From Nemertoderma westbladi (Eukaryota; Animalia; Xenacoelomorpha): a DNA stretch of 47,199 nt. Of the stretch, positions 26,046 to 37,138 are shown piece by piece; position 1 is the stretch's first letter, and each line of letters opens with the position of its first letter. The notes beneath the pieces were generated by a model. The model was not told where the DNA came from and did no database searches. It saw nothing but the letters and a program-made list of their open reading frames with translations. A program made the translations under genes and the position numbers. The DNA lies in NCBI GenBank assembly GCA_032718475.1, contig JAUCBJ010003477.1, forward strand, positions 1 through 47,199, read 5' to 3'.

Positions 26046-26221
26046 GCCTGTATATATGAGTGCCAATGTGAGAATGGTGGTCGATGCAGTGGTATTAATG
26101 GAACTTGCCAATGCGGTTCTGGGTGGACTGGCGAGAGATGCCAATTGAGATGCCCTGAGGGGAGATTTGGACCAGCTTGTCAAGAAGTATGCGCTTGTTT
26201 GAATGGCGGAGTTTGCTCTGG
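26046..26221 (+). CDS. Next exon of the same EGF-repeat gene
   Basis: TATAG acceptor and GTAAGA donor, phase-0 join with the previous exon. Translates ACIYECQCENGGRCSGINGTCQCGSGWTGERCQLRCPEGRFGPACQEVCACLNGGVCS. Confidence 0.88.
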
Positions 26222-26589
26222 GTAAGATTAAAATAAATGAACGAAATATCTCTTATAATTAATGAGCAATTAAAGATGTCAATCTGGTTTAGGGCTTTCA
26301 TATTATTGGTTTGAAGGTTATCATAGGTTTATTTTATCCAACCATAGAAGCATAACAAAACAAAGAGTGATACAAGTAATGCATAACAGTGATAGAGATA
26401 TAATAGTTATTGGTATTTGGGTGGTTTCATATAATATACATTGTAGCGAGTGGATAATGACGACCAAGTACTGTACAGTGAGGTTGAGCACAGTGTCTGC
26501 AGATCATGGGAGACCATGACTTGACTACCTTGGGTACGTAAGTTATCAGCTATACATTAATATGGTTTGAATTTATTACAAATTACAGT

Positions 26590-26730
26590 AATTTTCCGGC
26601 ATCAGTCAGGAATGATCCCGAAGTTTGTTGGACACAGGTTTTGCAAAGTCGACAATGACGTCCAGGTGGGATCGAACTGGTGATCCCCCGGTCACCAGTT
26701 AGAGTCTAGCGCTCTAACAACTCAGCTGTA
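26590..26730 (-). mobile_element. tRNA-derived SINE head (degenerate); 3' boundary uncertain
   Basis: The minus strand has an A-box-like CAGCTGAGTTGTTAGAGCG and a B-box GTTCGATCC, then continues into non-tRNA sequence. Confidence 0.6.
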
Positions 26731-26955
26731 AATAATAAGAGGGTAAATTTCCTGCCCTTCAACCCCCCTTTTAATCTGCACTACCCCAACCCAAAGGTGC
26801 ACAGAGGATTTATTACAGGCAGATATTAACAGAAAATTGATGTTATAAAAGTAGTATATTTTAGGCTTGGAGGCGACCCAATTTCTAAGAAATATTAAAA
26901 CTTACCTTATACCGATAGTATTGATACTTGAATATTAATTTACCATGTCAATGTC

Positions 26956-28159
26956 TGTTCGCGCTTTTAGACCTTTGGCAGTTTAACCCGCCAAATTAGG
27001 ATGTCTTTTAGATAATAAATCACTTTTAACCTATGACAAGTATTTGATTCACTACACTAGTCGAAACCAATCTGTGCGCGATCATTCACCCGCTGGATAT
27101 ACCCGGGAGATTGGGTTCGACGGCTTAATTTTATTGCTATGTAAGCCTAATGTATTATTCGACTGACAGTATTATATAATCTCTGACAATATTATTCACC
27201 TTCGGGGAATATTAACAGTTCCTTTAGGACGTGGCGCTCTATCTATATAAACAGAGTTATGACTTAAACTACTCACAACGATATGGCTTAGTTACAATTC
27301 ACATATATGGCGCATTCTTTAGGAAATGCTTCGTTATCAGTCTCACTCATACACAATGCTGCACAATACTGCACACTGATCTGCCGATCTTCACTGATTT
27401 TAGTCACATATAAAAGGAACACGGACCGAATCATGTAGGGTCTATCAAATAACATTAGATTCACTTCAAACCACTCAACATAGGTCGCAATCATTTATCT
27501 GTAACCTTTCTCTCTTACCTTCGGTATATCAAGAATATTGGGTTTTCGGGGTTATTTGTCGTTATTCCAAATATAATAATTCATCAACCATATTATGAAG
27601 AACTGACAGTAAATAGCAGTATAACAATATCAAGGTATGCACAGTGTTACACAGTATGCAGTGTATGCAGTACTGCAGTATGCAGACATCAGTATGCAAT
27701 ATGCAGATAACGGATATATGTCCTTATAATTAAGCCTACTAGTGTAGGACTAAAAACTGAAAACACGGAGGTGCCAAAAGCCGGTTCTTAGGCTCTGGGC
27801 AAAACATAACACTGAACTACTGAGTTTCTGTATACACCTCTAACACAGAGACAACAAACGCTCTGATTGGTCAACCTGAACAACGAGAGAACAAAGAAAC
27901 AAAGAAACGTCGACGTGGCAATATCAGCTGCTAGCCGTCGTCATGGTAGCGACACTGTTTTCAAGAGTATCGAGCTTTTACGTCATGGAATTACGGATTA
28001 TGTCCTCTAAAGTACAAATACAGAAGAAATAGCTTTTATGTCCGCTAAAACACCAGTACAGCAAGGACACGGCCTTTTTATGCCTGGTAAACCAACTACA
28101 GAGTATTTTACGGGAAAAATAAGGAAAAATAACCGGACAATTCAGCAAAAGCTTTTACA
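26956..28159 (-). repeat. 3' LTR (1204 bp)
   Basis: Direct repeat of 37139-38349. Confidence 0.96.
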
Positions 28160-28167
28160 CCGCTCCC
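28160..28167 (-). promoter_or_regulatory. Polypurine tract of the BEL element
   Basis: CCGCTCCC on the plus strand (GGGAGCGG on minus) directly abuts the 3' LTR. Confidence 0.65.
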
Positions 28168-29061
28168 AGAAAATGGGATTTTCAGTCTATAAAATATAAA
28201 AATCACAGTTTCTAAAACATAAAGATACTCTAAACAGTTAGTCTTTCTTACGCAGACGGCGTTTACGCAGTTTTTTGAGGCTAGCAAGAGTCTTTTTCTC
28301 TTTGGGGGGAGCCACTTTACTAGGAGGGCCATAACTCCTGGGTGAAGGGTGCAATATGATTGCATCAGAAGGTGTAGGATTGTGGTCGAGGTATCTGCCG
28401 TTTCGATATGCTTCTCCTCGAGCTGATTTTCCTCCGCTCGTAGCTGGATACGTTCATCCAAAAACTCTCGCAGAGAATAGAATCGTCCAAGTTCGATAAC
28501 TTCTTAGAGATTCTGGATTTCCCAATCGAATTGAGATAAGGCCAATTCGTTTATCGATTGGACTTACTGTTATAACTTACGTTTATCTGAACAAACGCAG
28601 GTTTCTTTTTTGATCTTTATAGAATAGCGTTTAACTCGTTTCGTACAACGCTCTCCTTCACCTTGATGAAGGGTTGTATCGCGTTAAACGGGAACGACCA
28701 TACGGTTGGATAGTGATATTAGGTGTCCGCGTCACAATCCGGCTAGGTAAGATGGGCGGCTAGCTAGAAATCACTGTCGGAGTGTTACCGATTAATTGTT
28801 AGGGTAGCACTAGATCTTGAACAGTGAATACCGTCCGCGAGGATCCGCGACACCACCAGGATCGCAGGTCTGAGGTCCAACTAAGGAATGAGGAGGTTTG
28901 ACCGAGTATTCCGGGACTCTGATCGTAGGTTTACTCTAGGATCGTTAGAGCCGAGTGAGCATAGGTGATACGTCAAACAAGTTTCGCTCGAAACTCCAGT
29001 AAATATAACGAACACAACTGTGTTTAACACAACGTTTCCGTGGATGTTTATGTCTTTCCGT

Positions 29062-29757
29062 TTATTGGCTGGGTCTAGGGCATTTACCGTAATAATACCC
29101 AAAAACGTACGTCTTGTAGGGGAAACGCGAGTGATCTTTCTCCAGCTTACAATATTCCTCCATCCGTTCGAAGCTATTCGGTACAACAGGTAGCGGTCGA
29201 TCGGCGGTAAGATACATCATAGGGGAATTGAGCCGTTTGAGTTCTACCATGCGGTCATGATGTATACCTTGAGGATATCGAGTTTCTAGATTTTGTTGAC
29301 TGGCAATATTGAGATATGTTTCTATCAGGAATTCCAGATAATCGTTGAAGTCGCTGCGTTTATCCGGCTCCTCAACGTCTTCTCTTTCGAGTCTGTTTCG
29401 AATAGAATTCTCGTGTTCCATTCTCGGTTTATCGTTCCGCCTCCGCTGGGTAGGATATTTCAATCGTACCATTTCCCTTTTGGTGTCGACATTGTCCGTA
29501 TCGTGTAAATCGATAGGATGACCAGTAGTTAAGAAGCCCATATACGTACCATTACGCTGCGTATATCGAGCAGCGAATTTTCTATAGTCCAACTCACGCG
29601 TGAGCTGCTCTTGGGACATTGGCGGTTCGATATAACGACCATCGTCCTCCGCAGCAGTTGGACTAACGTCGCCGCGTATTAAGCTATCAACAAACGCTTG
29701 TAAAAGTAGAGTATATCGCTCCCCGATACCAAGACCATCTTCTATCAACTCCGTCAT
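29062..29757 (-). CDS. Accessory 231-aa ORF of unknown function inside the BEL element
   Basis: ATG-initiated, stop-free 696 bp, same strand as gag, globular-protein-like composition. No motif recognised. Confidence 0.6.
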   Translation of the reverse strand: MTELIEDGLGIGERYTLLLQAFVDSLIRGDVSPTAAEDDGRYIEPPMSQEQLTRELDYRKFAARYTQRNGTYMGFLTTGHPIDLHDTDNVDTKREMVRLKYPTQRRRNDKPRMEHENSIRNRLEREDVEEPDKRSDFNDYLEFLIETYLNIASQQNLETRYPQGIHHDRMVELKRLNSPMMYLTADRPLPVVPNSFERMEEYCKLEKDHSRFPYKTYVFGYYYGKCPRPSQ

Positions 29758-30589
29758 ACCTGCTATATGTGAGTTTATCCATATTATAAGGAGTTTATAT
29801 TTAGGCTAGCGAGCGTCGCTGCCTACTCCAATTAACCCCCGGGCAGTACGAGATCCTCAGCGCCGATGTGTCGTCGCCGCTGTACTTTCGCCAACGACGT
29901 AGCCGCACAACGACAACGACAACCGGCACAAGTCACTCAACTGTCCGTCCCAAAGGCTTAGATGTACTTCAGGTTTTCCTTGGAGAGTTAGGTTACTTTT
30001 ACGATTGCGACTAGCTACTGTAAACACACCTTAGCAGTAACATTCACCTATAAACTCACAAATACCACACACACAACTTGTCACAAATTACACACATTCG
30101 GGCCATTTGTCCGTTAGTCAATGCCTTCCAGAATGTCACTGTATTATTATGTATCCTTGGATACTAGTAGTGCGCTATTTATTCCCTATGCTATTCAATG
30201 GGACAAGCTTTCTATTGTTCTTTTAACTCAATTCTAATTCTAGCGTGGTTGTTGCTATGGTGACATTATGCAAAGCTAGCGGTAGAATTAGGGTGATTCC
30301 AATGCATACAGATCTGGGATGTTATTTAATAGTATTCTTTAATAGTCAATGTTCTGTTTTATACATGACTTTATGAATTTTATCGGCTATTGACTATGTT
30401 TGGGAGACTTTCGCACACTCATATGCATAATAAGATAAATCTCCGCTCCCTTGATCTATTAATTAATGGAATTTTGGGAATGTTATAAATTGCGAAAAAA
30501 TGGCAATTTATTAAATTCATTAAAATGCATGAATTTAAATTTATTCCCTGAAATTTTATTATTTGATAATTAAATGGACATATTTTGAT

Positions 30590-30880
30590 TCTAGAATATG
30601 TCTGGGGACACAAGATCCTTAATTCTGTGACAATTGTCTTTTTAAGAATATCGGTAAATGCTACGATATCTTAATTGACTAGAATTGTTGAAGGATCTGA
30701 ATTTTACAGATTTTGATTTATTAGATTTGCAAATATTAAATAATTAATATTTGAGATGGGCACCAATTTATTCCAGAACTTGTCTGGGGACGTTAACCAC
30801 TGATTCTAAAATTTGTCTTTCAAGTATATCGGTGGGTGCCGCGATATCTTAATCGACTAGAATTGCAGATGGTCAAAGGG
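30590..30880. repeat. Two diverged ~105-bp direct copies 182 bp apart
   Basis: GTCTGGGGAC...TTGTCTTT...ATATCGGT...CGATATCTTAAT.GACTAGAATTG starting at 30600 and 30782. Confidence 0.8.
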
Positions 30881-31410
30881 TTTAACAGATTTATTTTGCG
30901 TTATACGCTACTGTTAAAGGGACATCACGCTACTATATGTATTATTTAATATACGGTATGAGAGCAATATCGCACGAAGCAATGTCAGTGTGAAGAGGCA
31001 AGTCGTTTCCAAGGTCTACCCAGAGCTTGGTTTAGCCGAGACACGAGGATCTGAACTTTGCATTCCTAATACTCTGCCTACCAATAATACTTTAATATAG
31101 TAGTGGCTTTATTGTACTTTAATAAGTACGGACATTTCATCTTACCGTAGTTACGTATTTGTAATGTAATACGGACAGTAAGGAAGAAGGAAAAGAATTA
31201 TTTCTTGCCGTCGCACTAAATATAATATATACGTAATTACGCACGCAATAAACACGAATATATTGCACTATTCTACTAAATAATCGCTAAATAAGATTCT
31301 ACTAAATTAAATAAAACGATTATAATAAAATCACGTAGTAATACATACATAAATATAAAAATAATAAAATAATATAAAATAATAGAGTCATACACCCACT
31401 CCATATGTTG

Positions 31411-34400
31411 TTACGTTATGGAGTCCCTAGATGTTTGAAGGATTAGGGAGGTGGTCGTGGGAAGAGAATCTTGCCTTCCACAGTTTCCGGAGAGTCCTCC
31501 ATTCCCTTCCGGTAAACACAAACGACCAGCTGGGCGATTGAGTCGCTGCATCCCGAATACAATTCCAGGTTTCCTCTTCGTCCTGGAATAGTGACGATAG
31601 AAACATCGCTCTAAGTACACGACGGCCTTACAAAGCCGATTCCAGGAGCTATAGTGGTCCGTCGCTCTCTGCAGGAGAGGTGAGAGTCCCTGCGAGACGT
31701 CTGATGTTCCAGAGTTCCAATCGCTCTCTCTGATCTTCATGAAGGATCCACTCGCGGTGGGGAGGTCCAGATCCACGGCGTCGTCCCTGGCAACATGTAA
31801 TACCGACAGATCTATCCCGGGTTCAAATAACTCCGATCCACCCGTCCGGGTTTCAGGTTCGACTTTCTCCGCTCCCTTGGCTGGTCTAATCTCAGTCGGA
31901 GTAAGATGGGGAGGCCATTCATTCTCCTTACTCAGGAAGTCGGGTTCACCTAACCGGTCTATAGTATCTGTCAGTTCTTGAGGAGTTGCTCCTCTGGAAG
32001 CGATGTCCGTTGGATTAAACTTCTTGGGGCAATATCTCCATTGATCTACATTGGAGCTAAGATTGTCATTATCTGAGGAGTGTGGTGTTCCCTCAGTTGG
32101 GTCGTCTCCCTCACTAGTATCATCTTCCCATTCACTCACCTGGCGGACGCGATCTTGAAGCAGTCTTTCTCTGAGCGTTCTTCGGGAAGGTCCAGTAAGG
32201 TACCAACCTACTCTAGTTCTTACCGCATAGGTCTGTAGTGGCTGCGGTTGAGCAGGTCGTTTCTCTAATGTCTCCAGCGCCTCATGCGCGTTTTGGCCGA
32301 TGAGTATTTGCACTCCAGGATAATCAGTCTGGAATCGAGGTATGTTAAGATGTTGGATGCTCTCATCCTCGTCCCAATTATAAAGGTCTGCTTGAGTAGT
32401 AGCGAAGTTCTTTATAGCCACCATTTTCACTGACCTTATACTGTATTCTCCTAGTTTATCCTGTGGGGTGGACAACTCACCTATATAATAGTCGGCAGCT
32501 ACAGTAGAATTCCAAACCTGCATGATCCCTGACATGTTTAGCTTGGTTCGGAACTTGGGTTGTCCAGCAAAGATGACTTCGGCTAGTTCTTTATCGATGA
32601 ATGTTCCTGTGCTACCGGAGTCCAGGAGGGCGTTCACTATATAGCTCTTCTGAGGTCCGTGGACCCGTAACTGGACTACAGGAAATTCTCGGATTCCTAT
32701 ATTGGAAGTTGGCGCTTTCCAAGATGGTTGTTGATCTGAAGTAGTTAGGGTGAGGTCGCTGTCTGTGTCTTTCTCATACACGAGTGCTCGATACACTGCG
32801 GTGGTGTTTATTAGGTAACAGGATTCGTTTTGGTCGGAGAACTCGTCCGTATAGAATCCTTCCATCTCAGATTGATCAGTGTCGTTCACATCACTGAATT
32901 GGACATGTAGTTCGGACTCACTTACCTGACTCGGGCTGTTTCGTTCGAATTCCGTGTGCAACAAGATATGATGTTTTGCGCCGCACTGTGCACACCTTGC
33001 GTCGGAGTTACAGGTTCGCCGTTGGTGTCCTCGTCTGAGGCAATTATAACACAACCGCTTATCCCACATGACTTCACGTCTATCATTTAGTGATTTCCTC
33101 AGGAATTTATCACACGCATTTAAACGGTGGGGCCCGTCGCACAGCACACATTTCGGCTTGATGTTACTTACTTTAACCTGTGCTATGTGGTGCACACTTG
33201 TTCTTTCCTCGGGCTTTCTCACCTGAATTCTTTTAGGAGACGTAGGAAGGGTTTTTTGTACCGGTTCCCTTCTGTCATTGGGTCGAGACTCGGATTTACT
33301 TACCTGATCTTTAGGCATTTTATTGACATAATAAGATCTGTCAGTGTCTTTCCCGCTGTCCTCTCCTTGAGAAGTTTGGCTTTTACCGTCGTCGGTATAA
33401 CATACTGGTGTTACCCTTCTCCTAGAAACGGGTTTCTCACTTACCTTGTTTTCCAATGTCTTCTCTCTGGACTGCCTTAGGAGCTGTAATTTCACTTCTC
33501 TATCCAGGAATGACATGAGATCAGCCATGGTAGGGTCTCGTTGTTGTTGTTCCATCATATATAACACCTTCTTGTCCCAGCGTGTACCTACTCCACCCTT
33601 GGGCAAAGTAGATGCTAAGGCTCCTACAACCATAGAATTCTGGTATTCATGAGACTTACCTAACCAATCTAGTTGTCTACAGATCTCCTGAATCTCATCG
33701 GAAAACTCTATAATCCCGCTGCTAAGAAACTTTCGGGGCGCCATTAATTTCGCATATAAATACCTAGCTATGTTAGTCCTATTACCATACCTGATGTTTA
33801 GTGTATCCCAAACTTGTCTTAATCCATCTGGATGTCCAATAAATTTTAACGCCATTGACTTGGGAGGTCCTTCCAAACATTCGATGAGGAATCTAAGTTT
33901 CTCTCCGTTAGATAGTACAGAGTTCTGTATGTTATCTTTATAATATTCATTAAAAGGTAACCATTTCATCTCATCTCCATTGAACTTGACGATCTCTCCC
34001 ACCTTTACCGCTTGCCGGGCTTCAGTTCTAGCCATTTGACGCGTAAAACTTTCTTGAGCCATCGTATTATTGAATATAGAATTATCGGTATATAAATTTC
34101 TCGGATTATGATCAGGTCTATATGGAATATTATTATCAACAGGTTTATAATTACCCTGAATAGGGTTTACTATAGGAGTTTCTACTTCACTAGCAGTATA
34201 GATGCGTGTAGGCTCCACACCTTGCGCATGAAATACTTCAGACCTAACGGGTTGACACATTGTTACAGGGGGTGGTGTTATACCCCTTTGTATGTTCACT
34301 AATTTATCGCATTCTAACGCGATACTTTGCTGCACCTTTTGCAACTCTAACCTACTTTCCCTTACTGTTCCCTTGAGCTGCTGAACAGTCTCTTCCATTT

Positions 34401-34839
34401 CCCGGACCTGCTGAGAGGAGCACAAACAGTGTTCCCTCAGCTGCTCGAGCAGGAGACCCATCTCCCGTCGTCCCTCAGCTACCCACTCAACCGCCGAAGC
34501 GGGAGTCGCCAACGTTGTAGCGGGCGAGCGAGAGACGACGGGCGATAAATTCTTAATATCTCGCTCGGCGTCCAGGATGGGTTCGGACTCGGGAACAGTC
34601 CTACTGGGCACAGGTAGTTTAGTACTGTACAAAGGGAATTTATAGGCAGGTTCTGGGAGTACAGGTGTCTCTATCTTTCTTTCCGCTTCTACTGTTGCCA
34701 TTGCCTCTGCCGCCTTTCTTTTCGCTTCTGCTGTTGCCATTGCCTCTGCCATCTTCCCTTCAAGACCCTGTCCAAGTCTAAGGCTGATTCTAACACCTTC
34801 CAAAAGACTATCTGACAGTGCCCGTTTTGTGTCAGACAT
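31411..34839 (-). CDS. BEL/Pao Gag-aspartic protease polyprotein with RT/RNase H internally deleted, 1142 aa
   Basis: Gag core (KFNGDEMKWLPF...LSNGEKLRFL), three zinc knuckles (CVLCDGPH, CYNCLRRGH, CAQCGAKHHILLH), protease ALLDSGS and RTRVGWYLTGP, followed closely by the RNase H tail QWRYCPKKFNPTDIASRG. Confidence 0.92.
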   Translation of the reverse strand: MSDTKRALSDSLLEGVRISLRLGQGLEGKMAEAMATAEAKRKAAEAMATVEAERKIETPVLPEPAYKFPLYSTKLPVPSRTVPESEPILDAERDIKNLSPVVSRSPATTLATPASAVEWVAEGRREMGLLLEQLREHCLCSSQQVREMEETVQQLKGTVRESRLELQKVQQSIALECDKLVNIQRGITPPPVTMCQPVRSEVFHAQGVEPTRIYTASEVETPIVNPIQGNYKPVDNNIPYRPDHNPRNLYTDNSIFNNTMAQESFTRQMARTEARQAVKVGEIVKFNGDEMKWLPFNEYYKDNIQNSVLSNGEKLRFLIECLEGPPKSMALKFIGHPDGLRQVWDTLNIRYGNRTNIARYLYAKLMAPRKFLSSGIIEFSDEIQEICRQLDWLGKSHEYQNSMVVGALASTLPKGGVGTRWDKKVLYMMEQQQRDPTMADLMSFLDREVKLQLLRQSREKTLENKVSEKPVSRRRVTPVCYTDDGKSQTSQGEDSGKDTDRSYYVNKMPKDQVSKSESRPNDRREPVQKTLPTSPKRIQVRKPEERTSVHHIAQVKVSNIKPKCVLCDGPHRLNACDKFLRKSLNDRREVMWDKRLCYNCLRRGHQRRTCNSDARCAQCGAKHHILLHTEFERNSPSQVSESELHVQFSDVNDTDQSEMEGFYTDEFSDQNESCYLINTTAVYRALVYEKDTDSDLTLTTSDQQPSWKAPTSNIGIREFPVVQLRVHGPQKSYIVNALLDSGSTGTFIDKELAEVIFAGQPKFRTKLNMSGIMQVWNSTVAADYYIGELSTPQDKLGEYSIRSVKMVAIKNFATTQADLYNWDEDESIQHLNIPRFQTDYPGVQILIGQNAHEALETLEKRPAQPQPLQTYAVRTRVGWYLTGPSRRTLRERLLQDRVRQVSEWEDDTSEGDDPTEGTPHSSDNDNLSSNVDQWRYCPKKFNPTDIASRGATPQELTDTIDRLGEPDFLSKENEWPPHLTPTEIRPAKGAEKVEPETRTGGSELFEPGIDLSVLHVARDDAVDLDLPTASGSFMKIRESDWNSGTSDVSQGLSPLLQRATDHYSSWNRLCKAVVYLERCFYRHYSRTKRKPGIVFGMQRLNRPAGRLCLPEGNGGLSGNCGRQDSLPTTTSLILQTSRDSIT

Positions 34840-35073
34840 TTTTGTTTGTACAGTTGAATGCCTACTGCTATATTACAGGCTAAGCAAGTCTAGTAATTCA
34901 GTATTAACTGCTAGCCTAGTAATTAATTACCGATACTGCTACTCAGTGTAGCGTGATATATATATAATATATTAGAATACCGGTATGCTTATAGTATATA
35001 TAAGTATTATTACAGACTAGGTTTATCTCAGAATACCGGTATAATTTTAGCACAAATATATATAAATATATAA

Positions 35074-35333
35074 TAGGCCTATCGGGAATACCGGTATACA
35101 GCTTACAATTTGTAGTATATATAATTCTGGACTAGAATTAATTACAAGTACCGGTATAATTTCAGCCTAAATTTACAGAAATAAAGATAATAGGCCTATC
35201 GTAAATACCGGTATACAGCTTACAATTTGTAGTATATATAATTCTGGACTAGAATTAATTACAAGTACCGGTATAATTTCAGCCTAAATTTACAGAAATA
35301 AAGATAATAGGCCTATCGTAAATACCGGTATAT
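35074..35333. repeat. 117-bp tandem repeat in the BEL 5' leader (2 full copies plus a partial; degenerate copies nearby)
   Basis: TAGGCCTATCG at 35074, 35191 and 35308. Confidence 0.9.
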
Positions 35334-36274
35334 CAATTATTTTAAATAATTGAATTTCTGAACTTTAGGGTTACTTTGTTACTTTACTTACTTTATTACC
35401 GTTATTTGAACAGTAGTCCAACTGATATTGAGACCTAATGGTTATATGGTAGGCCTACTATTTATAAATCGTTAGATTTGATTTATAATATATATATACC
35501 CGTTTTAATGGGCTTTGTCAATATTTGAAATAAATGTTATTATTTCTGGGGAGTAATCACTACACAAAGCGGTGCGCTTTCAGTGAAGTGTTACTTATAG
35601 GACACTAAAACAAATAATTCTAATTTACCTAAGTTACTTAATACTACAAATTACGTACAATTCGGGTTGAGATTACAATCTCTAAATAAACACAAAAATT
35701 TACAAAAAAAACACAAAATACGAATTTTTAGGGTAATTTTACAAGAAGTCTACAAACCATCCTAACAAAGGGTTAGAATCTGGTTATTACAACGAACAGG
35801 GTACTACGGTATTTGAAAATAATAAGTAGTAGTAAATACACTGCGTTGTCTAGATAGGAAAATACCACCGCCTGACGACCTATAGCCATATCGCTATAGG
35901 TTCTACGTTATGTATCACGGAGTGTTCCTACCTAGAAGCTAATAGAGCTAATCGAAGGTGCCTATCAACCACTTTATAACACAAATATAATGCCTACAAT
36001 AATTACTTTCGGAAAGCACTGTACACTAAACCCTAAATTAGGTACGAGTACTTGTACAACAGATAATCAGTAGTTAACTATACTTGAACAGCTAAAAGAA
36101 CCACGGCATCTGCTGGAGTGACCGGTGCACAAAATCACCTGTCTTTACCTACGCCAAGCAGCCCGTGTAGTACCGGGGTTAATTTAACTATAACGGTATG
36201 TATAACAAACACAATTACTGTAGGAACAAACTTGGGGAATATGAATGTTGCGAATAATCGCATAAACTCTGAAT

Positions 36275-36846
36275 AATAAATATTACGCTACGCGTACAAA
36301 CTACTCAAACAAAATGCAGACCAAATACCGACAGACTACTATCAAGCCTAAACAAACTACGGTATATGCAGACTCCGAAATGATTAGGCAGTATGCGTTC
36401 TAACCCAGTAGTACGACTTATTCTTTAATTGGGGGTTTACCTTACAGCATTCGCTGCCCCTACTTCCTAACCGTTCTTTATCGGACAAGTGATCTACACA
36501 CGCTGCAATCCGTTCAGACCTAATAACAGCCAGACAACTATCCAGCCTACAAATTATCCAAATAAATATTATACGCTACCCGTACAGACTTACACCAACA
36601 AAGTACATACTCAACGATGGCAGACTACTCTCAAGCCTAAATAAACTACAGGACATGCAGACTCTGAAATAATTAGGTAGTATGCGTTCTAACCCAGTAG
36701 TACGACTTATTCTTTAATTGGGGGTTTACCTTACAGCATTCGCTGCCCCTACTTCCTAACCGTTCTTTATCGGACAGATGATCTACACACACTGCAATCC
36801 GTTCAGACTTAACAACAATCAGACAACAGCTCAGCCTACAAATTGT
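36275..36846. repeat. ~289-bp tandem duplication in the BEL 5' leader
   Basis: GTATGCGTTCTAACCCAGTAGTACGAC at 36391 and 36680, with a near-identical core and diverged edges. Confidence 0.9.
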
Positions 36847-37138
36847 CTGTACAATCTGATCAGGCTTACACGCCTTCTGTTCAATACTGGCCTACAAACA
36901 AATAAAACTTGACAGAAATAAGTAAGCTCCAAAAGAAACAAGGGGTGTACAGTCCCTAATCTCTTAAACAGCCTACCGGTATACAACAATCAAATCGAAT
37001 AATACTAATGTACTTATACGGGAAGTACCGGTTAGGACAGTTAGGCCTACGGACCTACAGATGGACCGTTCAGGTTTACCGGTTGACCGGTACTTTCAAC
37101 TTTATTGCTTACTGCAATAAAGAAGCTATATCCATTAT

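Noticed and set aside
26650-26730. Functional tRNA gene
   Set aside because: It has A/B-box-like motifs but no convincing acceptor stem, so a SINE head fits better.
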